A stretch of DNA of 64,000 bases from Deltaproteobacteria bacterium (lineage in GTDB: Bacteria; Bdellovibrionota_C; UBA2361; J135). Positions within the stretch are counted from its first letter, which is position 1. Every line of letters begins with the position of its first letter. The stretch spans positions 51,995 through 115,994 of the forward strand of contig JACKAH010000004.1 of NCBI GenBank assembly GCA_020635175.1, read 5' to 3'. Below, one piece after another: positions 43,896 to 52,112 of the stretch. A program made the translations under genes and the position numbers. A model generated the notes under the pieces. That model ran no database searches, was not told where the DNA came from, and saw only the letters and a program-made list of their open reading frames with translations.

Positions 43896-46817
43896 CTACT
43901 TACTTGGTTTAAAGCGATGTATGATTCGATTAAGCTCAATTGCAACTCGATGAAAAATTCTTTGCTGGAACTCAGAGTAATTTTCATCATCTGCCCCGCC
44001 AGGATTATACAGCTTAGAGACACGCACTAGATCTATTCCTGCTCGAGTGTGTTTCTTATGACAGGTTTCAGGAGTCGTAGATGAGATAGCAGGTTCTCCA
44101 TCTAATTGAGCACTACAATCAAGTCCAAAGTAATTACAATCCTTACAAATTGCATATGCATAGCTACTATTAGTGGCAGCTGCCCTACCAATTGGCTCTC
44201 TCAATCCATCAATAAATACTTTGCGCTTATTTTCATCAGCTGCATTGGTTGGATAATCGATCATTACGATTACTACCTCGATTCCATCATCTACCATGCG
44301 ATGAATGACCTGGAGAGATTCCTTTACGGCTCGTATGAATGGCGCTCCATCAGGTTCCTGTACAGCCTGGCCAGCTCTAACTGGAAGTACATCTGCGACG
44401 GGCTCATTTGGAAACCAAGCACTATGGTGCCTCCCATCAAGCACATCGTACATACTCAGATTACTAACACCGTCGGTAAAAAGAACTGCAACACGCTTAA
44501 CATCATTAGGATTCGGTGAAACACCTGTTGAACTGTTTAAGATATTATAAGCATTTACCAATGCTCCGGAGGTAAAGTCATCGACCAAAGGTTCACGCTT
44601 TGGATAGACATTTAAGCTCTCAACAGATGTAAGATAAAGATCTCTCGCGTTCGGCGTTAAGTCAGGAATCGAAGGCGAGGTCCTAGGAAGATCTATCGGG
44701 TATCCAGACTTAGTGAATCCACCAGCACGTAAAGCAGAGAGTGCAGAGGCTGCATTTAAATTACTTGGATTTAATGTTGTATCAATTGCAGTTAAGTCAG
44801 AGCAAACTCTAAAGGGGTTAGTTACATCTGATGGCACAACCTCGTCACGATTGTAACAGGCGTTATCTATGCCACCAGTTTGAGTATTACACCCAGTTGC
44901 GTTTGAAACCTGAGCATCGTTTCTATCTCGAGACATATAAGGAGGAATTCTCTGTCCAATTGTCACCCAAGTATTAACAAAACATGGGCTTAATCTATTA
45001 TATGGTGGATTTAGATCTGGTTGAGGCAAAAGAGAATCTTTACCATCAGGTGTTTGAACAGTTCCAAACAAAATTGACATCTGATCTCCAAAACAATCAC
45101 CAGGATAAATTTCATTGGCAGTAACCTCAATACTTCCACCATTTGGAATACCATTTGCGTATTCAGGTAGGTCGTCGTCTTCATTTGAGGTAGTTAACCA
45201 GTTCTTATTAGAGCGAAAGACAAAATTTAATAGTCCTCTCTCAAGTGTTGGAATTTGATGTTTTGAGTTATCAGCGCAGACAGTGTTTGGTTCAAGTACG
45301 CGACTATAATCAAATGCATCAGGTAAAGCTGAAAACGCATGTAGCCCAGGTCTTACCTCATGATTCATCTCCCTTGCACAGATAGTCATGGGCTGAAGGA
45401 TTCTATCAAATGCACTCTGCCGATTCAGAGCTGTGTAGTTTTGATAGTTAGCTGGCAAGCCATCATCCGTAGTATCCGTTGGTAATGCATCGGTATTACC
45501 AAACTGCTCAGCAACAAAATCTCTGCCATTTAAGGTTCCCGGTAGAGAAACCGGATTGGGACCAAGAGTGTGTACATCTAAGGTACTATATATATCAGCT
45601 CCATTTGTTGTACTGTATGTTCCCCACTCCCCACCTGATCTAATCTCATATGGTACAAGTGGCATAATCGGCATAATCCAGTTGCTGTATGCTAAAGCTC
45701 CAAATGGAATCTCATTATCATCTAACATATACATAAACTGCTGAATCATGCGCTGATACCAAAGCTTATGTGGTGCAAAACAACGCTGCGCTAACTCATT
45801 CTGAGTCATCACACCGTGGCGATATTTATAATTCGTATAGTTAGGTTGCTGCTCAGCCCAAGCTTTTGTCTTATTTCCACCATTTATACCTGGAATATAC
45901 TGAACCGGATCTGGTGGAAGAGGAGCGGCATAGGTACTTACGTTACCGTAGCCCTCAGTTTGGGGAACAACATCCGGCATAGATTGTAGATATGCAGAGT
46001 TGATAGTCGACAGTGAAAGAATCGTGTCACCAACTGAGTCAACACCATTTCCGCCAGGCATTGTGATCTCTTTTCTAGAGAATGGCAGATCATATGGAGT
46101 GTATGGACCAGCTACTCCTACCGCTCCAGGAAATGAAATCTGCTGTGTCGGTAAATAAGAGTCGTACATAAATGGAAGAGATCGATCGATTAAAAGATCC
46201 TCTTCCGCTGAAGTTAACACCGGATATCCCGCATCGGAGTGTAAAAAAGGAGGTGGTGTGGTATCTGAATTAAAGGCTTTAACTATAGACCTAGAGTAGT
46301 CTGCCATAATCATCACAACCGGTGGCTTTTTTTCCATACACTGCTCAGCGCCAGCTATGTAGGGGTTGCTGCTTAAGTACTGCAGAAATGTGAAAGTCGA
46401 TTTGCAATTATCAATCTTAAGGCAAGCTTCTTCAGGTTGAATATTTCCAGGGACAATATTTCGGGGTGTATATGTGAAATTAACATCACATTTATAACGT
46501 CCATCATTAAATCTAGCTTCACTAAGTGGGAATGAAGCAGTGCTACAATCGATTGAACCTAAATCAAATCTAGTCTTTAGTTGATTGCAAGTGATTCGCT
46601 GCATCTCAGAGCTGTTTGTCGCTCCATTTGCAACCGCGTTTAATGTTGAAGCAACAAAATTATTCAACTCTAAACGGGTTGTGTACATCTGCTCGGTTTT
46701 GAGCACAATCATCCCGTACATAAAGAGCACGGTAAAGCCAATCAAAAAGAAGATAAGGATAAAACCTTGTTGCTTCTTAGAAAATTTTGCACCTTCATTT
46801 TTCTGCTTGTAGCTCAT
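43896..46817 (-). CDS. TadG-like giant pseudopilin (973 aa) with a split vWA-like domain retaining MIDAS-type residues (module B)
   Basis: N-terminus KQQGFILIFFLIGFTVLFMYGMIVLKTEQMYTTRLELNNFVASTLNAVANG. PPVVMIMADYSRS (DxSxS, Asp at aa 173) and RVAVLFTDG (Asp at aa 782). Strongly conserved central block shared with 39446..42334 (KYRHGVMTQNELAQRCFAPHKLWYQRMIQQFMYML...). Confidence 0.65.
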   Translation of the reverse strand: MSYKQKNEGAKFSKKQQGFILIFFLIGFTVLFMYGMIVLKTEQMYTTRLELNNFVASTLNAVANGATNSSEMQRITCNQLKTRFDLGSIDCSTASFPLSEARFNDGRYKCDVNFTYTPRNIVPGNIQPEEACLKIDNCKSTFTFLQYLSSNPYIAGAEQCMEKKPPVVMIMADYSRSIVKAFNSDTTPPPFLHSDAGYPVLTSAEEDLLIDRSLPFMYDSYLPTQQISFPGAVGVAGPYTPYDLPFSRKEITMPGGNGVDSVGDTILSLSTINSAYLQSMPDVVPQTEGYGNVSTYAAPLPPDPVQYIPGINGGNKTKAWAEQQPNYTNYKYRHGVMTQNELAQRCFAPHKLWYQRMIQQFMYMLDDNEIPFGALAYSNWIMPIMPLVPYEIRSGGEWGTYSTTNGADIYSTLDVHTLGPNPVSLPGTLNGRDFVAEQFGNTDALPTDTTDDGLPANYQNYTALNRQSAFDRILQPMTICAREMNHEVRPGLHAFSALPDAFDYSRVLEPNTVCADNSKHQIPTLERGLLNFVFRSNKNWLTTSNEDDDLPEYANGIPNGGSIEVTANEIYPGDCFGDQMSILFGTVQTPDGKDSLLPQPDLNPPYNRLSPCFVNTWVTIGQRIPPYMSRDRNDAQVSNATGCNTQTGGIDNACYNRDEVVPSDVTNPFRVCSDLTAIDTTLNPSNLNAASALSALRAGGFTKSGYPIDLPRTSPSIPDLTPNARDLYLTSVESLNVYPKREPLVDDFTSGALVNAYNILNSSTGVSPNPNDVKRVAVLFTDGVSNLSMYDVLDGRHHSAWFPNEPVADVLPVRAGQAVQEPDGAPFIRAVKESLQVIHRMVDDGIEVVIVMIDYPTNAADENKRKVFIDGLREPIGRAAATNSSYAYAICKDCNYFGLDCSAQLDGEPAISSTTPETCHKKHTRAGIDLVRVSKLYNPGGADDENYSEFQQRIFHRVAIELNRIIHRFKPSK

Positions 46818-46823
46818 CTGCTT

Positions 46824-47501
46824 TTATCTCTTTGGAACAAAGACCCCTGACTCATTAAACTTTCCATACCAAAGAAAGATTCGATACGTACCTCTACAAG
46901 CCCAAACAAAATATGGAGCGTACTCAAAGTAGACCGGATATACTTCATTGCTAGACGGCGTTGGCATAACATCACGATCTAAAATGTATTCAGTCTCTTT
47001 AGGATTAAGCACTGTTCCTTTAACCTTATCATAGTATTCAAAGGCCTCAGTTCTTAAACTTTCAAGAGTAGTGCCAGCTGACGGGGCAGCAACCGATGGG
47101 ACACAAAAATTATCAGGATTTGATGAGCTTAAGACTCTTCCAAAATTAGCTGGATCTGTTGTTTCAACATCCAAGTAACAGATCGTAATTTTACAAGTTA
47201 TCTTAGATGAATTTCTGTAGAGCGTTGAACCAAAGTTCATGTTATGTGCTAGATTTGCCTCTAACTCGTCAACTAACTCTTGATGAACATTTGCCTCAGT
47301 GAATTTTACTAAATCACCACCAACATTTGTTGTAAAAGCTTCGAGGGTAGGAGTTGTAAAGACCGAGAAGACAGAAGAGTTAACGGTCCTACGAATATCC
47401 TCCATACCGTGCAAACCTAATATTCCATTTAAGACGGCAAGCAAAACAACGAAAGTAACTAAAACCTCAATCACGGCAGAGCCTGGCTCTTGCCTTTTCA
47501 T
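46824..47501 (-). CDS. TadE-like pseudopilin, second type (module B)
   Basis: MKRQEPG/SAVIEVLVTFVVLLAVLNGILGLHGMEDIRR carries a G/XXXXE-type processing motif. The start at ATG 47501 was chosen by homology with 42338..43015; the track ORF extends to 47567 (GTG). Confidence 0.6.
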   Translation of the reverse strand: MKRQEPGSAVIEVLVTFVVLLAVLNGILGLHGMEDIRRTVNSSVFSVFTTPTLEAFTTNVGGDLVKFTEANVHQELVDELEANLAHNMNFGSTLYRNSSKITCKITICYLDVETTDPANFGRVLSSSNPDNFCVPSVAAPSAGTTLESLRTEAFEYYDKVKGTVLNPKETEYILDRDVMPTPSSNEVYPVYFEYAPYFVWACRGTYRIFLWYGKFNESGVFVPKR

Positions 47502-47577
47502 CTTGACGCAAATGGATCTAACTATCTGTAACATAGTGAAACAATAAGCCATTACTGTGCGCAACACTATATCAAAT

Positions 47578-48171
47578 TTATATAACGTTCATCTCAGAAC
47601 TAGCTGTATGACACACTGTGTGAGAATGTAAAAAGATTGATGGTGGCCGTACACATACTTGCCACTGAGAACATGCATCTGAGCTTTGACAGTTAGCTGC
47701 ATTCTCTCTAACAGTACTTCCTGGGTCAGAGCATTCGCGTGGAACTATCACTACCTCACCCTCTTTTATACTCTCAGTGTTGAGATCCCAGTTTACCGCT
47801 GTCTTTACCTTATTTCCAAAGACACGTTGCGCTTCACCTAATGCTAAGTTTATCACCCTTCTTTTTTGAGCTTGCATGCGTCCGCCACAATAGCTCATTA
47901 AATAGCTATCATCTTGAGAAGATACTGGAAGCTTTAATAAGCCTAACACAGGAGCGCTCCCAGTTTTATCATTAGGTCGCTCTGCAATGCTTACTCTAGC
48001 AGCTGTCATGGCGACCCACTGCGCAGCAGATGAGTATCTAGAGATTGAGATAAAATCAAAAGCTGAGAATATAATTGTCGAGATAAACACAAATGAGATT
48101 GCAGCCCCAATTGTGTATGCACCACGCTCGTTCGAAAACATTTTACTACCCATATTATTTTGACCCGACAT
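47578..48171 (-). CDS. TadE/TadF-like pseudopilin (module B), 197 aa
   Basis: FSNERGAYTIGAAISFVFISTIIFSAFDFISISRY...AMTAARVSIA. Paralogue of 32480..33091 along its whole length, including the C-terminal Cys pattern. Confidence 0.6.
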   Translation of the reverse strand: MSGQNNMGSKMFSNERGAYTIGAAISFVFISTIIFSAFDFISISRYSSAAQWVAMTAARVSIAERPNDKTGSAPVLGLLKLPVSSQDDSYLMSYCGGRMQAQKRRVINLALGEAQRVFGNKVKTAVNWDLNTESIKEGEVVIVPRECSDPGSTVRENAANCQSSDACSQWQVCVRPPSIFLHSHTVCHTASSEMNVI

Positions 48172-48178
48172 CTTTATT

Positions 48179-48403
48179 CTAATGTATCTCTACTGAATTT
48201 GCAGCTACTGCGCCTCTTATCAAAGCTGAAGGATATGCTGCTGTCGCGTTAACAAAGCTTTGCTTCTGGCGTTTATCAAAGTCTGTTAACGCATTTTTAA
48301 TCGCTGGAAAGCCAGATAACGCAACTAAAGTAATCATAGCAGCTACAAGCATAAACTCTGAAGCGATTGAACCTCTTTCATTTCGTCTCTTTAAACTTTC
48401 CAT
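48179..48403 (-). CDS. Flp-like prepilin (module B), 74 aa
   Basis: MESLKRRNERG/SIASEFMLVAAMITLVALSGF fits the Flp leader plus G/XXXXE[YF] motif and hydrophobic core. AGGGGA upstream of ATG 48403. Confidence 0.6.
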   Translation of the reverse strand: MESLKRRNERGSIASEFMLVAAMITLVALSGFPAIKNALTDFDKRQKQSFVNATAAYPSALIRGAVAANSVEIH

Positions 48404-48446
48404 AAATTTATCCCCTAAACTTAAGCGTGCTTTAATCAAGTTCTAA

Positions 48447-49148
48447 CTACTGTGAAATCACATGAATCTCTGCACTATCATCAATTCTAACTCTACCGTC
48501 AGCATCATCCTGACCTGCAACTGGCTTTTGTAATCTCTCTAAGTTGTAAAGCATCATCTCAAAGATAGCTTTATACTGAGACATAGTAGAAACAGTTGGT
48601 CTATTACTGCCGCTGTCTCCATTCCCATCAGGGTCAGTAGTACTTTCACCGTCATTTGGATTAATTATTGTATTAAGACTATCTGAGCGATCCAAGGTTT
48701 TTGAAGCTCTATCACTTAAGCTATCCGCTGTTCTTTTAGTGCTGCTTGAAGTATCAGCTTCAAGACTAACTTGCATAGTGTTCGGCGAACGTAAAGCAGA
48801 CTCTGCGCCACCATCATCGTCAGAAACGACCATTGGAGCAGCTGGCCCAGTACAGGTATACATTTCAGCCATGAAATCTTTGACCTGTTGAATCGTATTA
48901 TCCAATACCTGCTGATTTGGGTTTTGAGAAAATGTTAACGAAGCATACTGATATGAAAGATATCGCATGATGTAGTTAAGCCACTCAGGCGAACATGGAG
49001 CTGGCCTAGGCACTGCTGTTGCTGAGCCAAATGGGCCTGCAACTTGCGTAGCGCTCACCCCAGGCTGCACTGAAGACTGGGCATAGACACTAAGTGTTAA
49101 AAGCCCTTGTAGAATAAAACCTAAAACTAATACCTTTTTCATTTTCAA
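48447..49148 (-). CDS. Secreted protein, family D (my label)
   Basis: Signal peptide MKMKKVLVLGFILQGLLTLSVYA/QS. Two-Cys N-domain, a Ser/Asp/Thr-rich low-complexity middle, and a helical segment followed by an acidic tail. Confidence 0.6.
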   Translation of the reverse strand: MKMKKVLVLGFILQGLLTLSVYAQSSVQPGVSATQVAGPFGSATAVPRPAPCSPEWLNYIMRYLSYQYASLTFSQNPNQQVLDNTIQQVKDFMAEMYTCTGPAAPMVVSDDDGGAESALRSPNTMQVSLEADTSSSTKRTADSLSDRASKTLDRSDSLNTIINPNDGESTTDPDGNGDSGSNRPTVSTMSQYKAIFEMMLYNLERLQKPVAGQDDADGRVRIDDSAEIHVISQ

Positions 49149-49178
49149 CCTCTAATCAAGACAACTAAAATTTAAACC

Positions 49179-49979
49179 TTAAGGCAAACAGTACAAACTC
49201 TTTAAAAAACCGTTCCACATATATGGAGAGTACGTAAAGTAGTGTGTAGCTTGATCGTCACAAACACCATCTGCTCCCTGATCAAAGATCTGATTTAGCA
49301 CAGACAAAACTGTTGGTGCTTCCCATGTATTGTTAAACCAAATCGTTGGATTTGAATGCATAATCTTTAGGATCTTAACGAAATCAGGATACTGACAAGT
49401 GTCTTCTGGTAAGGCAGTAGTTCTAGAAAGATAGAACTGCTCTGCTGCACGAAGAGTGTAGTTAATTTCGTTATTCCAATCTAATGGCCTAGCTTCATTA
49501 TTATAAATCTCTTCAGGAGTTGCATAGTTATCTCCAGGATTGTGAATCTTATAAACTGCAGAAGCGACCATAAATAATAATGGGTGAACAATCTGATTGT
49601 TATTTGGATCAACTCTGACATCCCAACGAATTGCGCCAAAGGTTTGCCAAACGGAAGCTAACGCGCGGTATGGCATTAACTGACCAAGAGCTGTTGATTT
49701 TGTGCAATCAAGTAAAGGGTTATTAACATTCATCTGTAGTGTGCGCGTCTCAGCATCTTGCGCAACCACGTTGCCTACAGCAACACAATCAAGAGTTGAG
49801 GTTTGTCCTGTTTGTGGGTTAGCAACTTCACAAGCGCCAGGCAATCCACCTTGTGTGTTCATCGTAATCTGATCAGCAGTGCTTGTGATATCATCAAGCG
49901 TACCCGCTGAGACACTAAATGGTGCTGTGATTGATAGAATTAAAGCTAATTTATAAAACTTACAAAACATCTTCTTCAT
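49179..49979 (-). CDS. Secreted six-cysteine protein, family M (my label)
   Basis: Signal peptide ...LILSITAPFSVSA/GT. Six Cys in the mature part, the last 3 residues from the C-terminus. GACEV...LDC...LDC...VDPNN...TCQYPD aligns with the other M proteins. Confidence 0.6.
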   Translation of the reverse strand: MKKMFCKFYKLALILSITAPFSVSAGTLDDITSTADQITMNTQGGLPGACEVANPQTGQTSTLDCVAVGNVVAQDAETRTLQMNVNNPLLDCTKSTALGQLMPYRALASVWQTFGAIRWDVRVDPNNNQIVHPLLFMVASAVYKIHNPGDNYATPEEIYNNEARPLDWNNEINYTLRAAEQFYLSRTTALPEDTCQYPDFVKILKIMHSNPTIWFNNTWEAPTVLSVLNQIFDQGADGVCDDQATHYFTYSPYMWNGFLKSLYCLP

Positions 49980-50019
49980 TTTTCTACCCTTATTATTAAA
50001 ACCTTTTTAACCTCTAAGC

Positions 50020-50913
50020 CTAAATACACACTGCATTAGCTATGTAGTACTGTAATCCAAGCGTACTGAACCAAGTTTGGTAGTTCTGTGCTGTGACACC
50101 GTTGCAAGCACCGTTCAATGGATCAAAGAGAACTTTAGCTGCAACCTCTAGACAACTTTCACCTGAGCCTGGTGTACAATCTTTCAAATCAAGTTTGTTC
50201 TTAATTACTGAATCAGGACTATTAAGATCAGCAGCGACATTTAAGAGTAAGCGATTCATGTCTGAAGATTTACAGATTATCTTTTCAGCAAATGCACTCT
50301 GTTGATTAGTTTCGACAAAGTAAATGAACTGCATCAAATCAGCGAAAAGTTGTGCTAGCGAGCTGTAATCACAAGCTGCGCCACAATTTGAAAAGTGATC
50401 AGCATCTGCAAATAAGCCTACGCCAAGTGCTTTCTCTGCGGTTTGCCGAAGTGCATGCCAGCGCACATCTAGGCATGATTCAGGTGATGTAACACAGCCT
50501 GGGTTTTGCTCATTGTTAAATTGGCCAAAGAAAGCAGTGGCAAGACTTGCAAAGATTGAACGAGCATCACCCGCTAAAGCATCAACCGTAACTATGTTTA
50601 AAAGCGGATAGCCCTCAACACAGCTAGCACCGTATAAAAATGGAGCATTTAAACCGGAAACAGCAACCGACACTAAGGCACCAATCACACCAGCATCCTG
50701 AGACTGAGTAGCACCTTCACATTGGCGATAAAAATTGTTGCTACTTGCTGCGATTTGAAGACTAATAGAGTTACTTGTTGAGAGTTCGCAAGTATCAGGA
50801 GAAACCGCATTAGTTGAATATATATCACCTAAGTTAAACGGTGCTGCATACGCAGAAGCAACTGAAATTGCCTGTATTAAGAGGATGACCGAGAAGCGTT
50901 TAAAACTAGCCAT
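50020..50913 (-). CDS. Secreted twelve-cysteine protein, family L (my label)
   Basis: Signal peptide MASFKRFSVILLIQAISVASAYA/AP (ATG 50913). Twelve Cys at positions alignable with the neighbouring paralogue 51112..52008 (PDTCEL...RQCEG...SCVEGYP...). Confidence 0.65.
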   Translation of the reverse strand: MASFKRFSVILLIQAISVASAYAAPFNLGDIYSTNAVSPDTCELSTSNSISLQIAASSNNFYRQCEGATQSQDAGVIGALVSVAVSGLNAPFLYGASCVEGYPLLNIVTVDALAGDARSIFASLATAFFGQFNNEQNPGCVTSPESCLDVRWHALRQTAEKALGVGLFADADHFSNCGAACDYSSLAQLFADLMQFIYFVETNQQSAFAEKIICKSSDMNRLLLNVAADLNSPDSVIKNKLDLKDCTPGSGESCLEVAAKVLFDPLNGACNGVTAQNYQTWFSTLGLQYYIANAVCI

Positions 50914-51005
50914 TATATTACCCCACAATAAACCAGAAACACATAAACTAAACATAAGACAGTGCAAAACTCGTGCTACAAAATGTGGGAAATCATCCCA
51001 CTTTT

Positions 51006-51062
51006 GTTACTAAAACAAACCTTTCCCAAGTAAATACAGCTAACTACCTGATCCACCTAAAA
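51006..51062 (-). promoter_or_regulatory. Conserved bipartite element upstream of an L gene (copy 3 of 4)
   Basis: The minus strand reads TTTTAGGTGGATCA-N38-GTAAC. Four nt further on comes the hairpin GTGGGA-N5-TCCCAC (50985-51001). Confidence 0.55.
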
Positions 51063-51111
51063 AAACCCCTTAAATTAAAATGGTAACTTTTCGTAGATTT
51101 TGCAACAGAGC

Positions 51112-52008
51112 TTAGAAGTAGTTGCAAACTGCATCAGCTAAATGAGGTGGCAACTGATAAACAGATTGCCAGTTTGTGTAGACACCAAACCCATCACGCT
51201 CACAAGCTCCACCTAGATCAAAGAGATTTCGAACAACAAGTTCTGCACAACTCTCTGTGTATCCAGCACTACACGCTTTGAAATTAAGCTCTGTATTGAC
51301 GATTGAGTTTGGATTTTGAAATGCCTGATGCATCCTAAAATAGGTTTCATTTACATCATTTGACTGACATTCAATTCTGTTATTGTTTGGACTTAGCTGG
51401 TCCGTCACAACAAAAAACGAAAACTGTAGAACCTCTGCAAAAACTCTCGATCGTTGCTCTTCATCACAATTGACACTACAGCTTTCGTAGTAGCTCGGAT
51501 CCCCATGTAGCGCCTGTCCTAACATATGATCCGCTACTTGACGCTGAAAGGAATAGGTCGCTTCTGTGCAACTTTCTAAGTCATTTAGACAGTTAGTAGT
51601 GTTAGATTCATTTAAAAATTGGCCCTGAAATGCAGTGGAAATGCTTGCAAAAATCGAACGAACATCACCTAACATACCGTTAAAAGTGGCGATGTTTTCA
51701 ACCGGATAGCCTTGAAAACAGCTAGAACCAAATGTGTGTGCAGCCTTATATCCTGCTGACATTACTGTAACCATGGCAGTAGCTGCGCCAGCATCCTGTA
51801 AAAGAGTCTGTCCTTCACAACTTTTATCGAAACCGTTAGCAGAGCCAAAGACATTGCTAACTCTATTATTTGCTGAAAGCGTACAACTGTCCTGCAAGGA
51901 TGAATACTCTAGTGAGCTTCCTAGATTTAGTGGCAAAGCAAACGAACTATTAGAAAGACAACAAAGTTGAGCAGCTAAAAAACCAGACAACAAAAGTAAC
52001 CGTGTCAT
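51112..52008 (-). CDS. Secreted twelve-cysteine protein, family L (my label)
   Basis: Signal peptide MTRLLLLSGFLAAQLCCLSNSSFA/LP (ATG 52008). Twelve Cys in the mature part (QDSCTL...KSCEG...SCFQGYP...). Paralogue of 50020..50913. Confidence 0.65.
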   Translation of the reverse strand: MTRLLLLSGFLAAQLCCLSNSSFALPLNLGSSLEYSSLQDSCTLSANNRVSNVFGSANGFDKSCEGQTLLQDAGAATAMVTVMSAGYKAAHTFGSSCFQGYPVENIATFNGMLGDVRSIFASISTAFQGQFLNESNTTNCLNDLESCTEATYSFQRQVADHMLGQALHGDPSYYESCSVNCDEEQRSRVFAEVLQFSFFVVTDQLSPNNNRIECQSNDVNETYFRMHQAFQNPNSIVNTELNFKACSAGYTESCAELVVRNLFDLGGACERDGFGVYTNWQSVYQLPPHLADAVCNYF

Positions 52009-52112
52009 ATTTAAACCCCATAACAAAAATAGCACGCCACAACACACATCCACAGGTATCTAGAGAACAAGCAATTCTCATACTCATAAATGCGGGAAAA
52101 AATCCCACGCAT

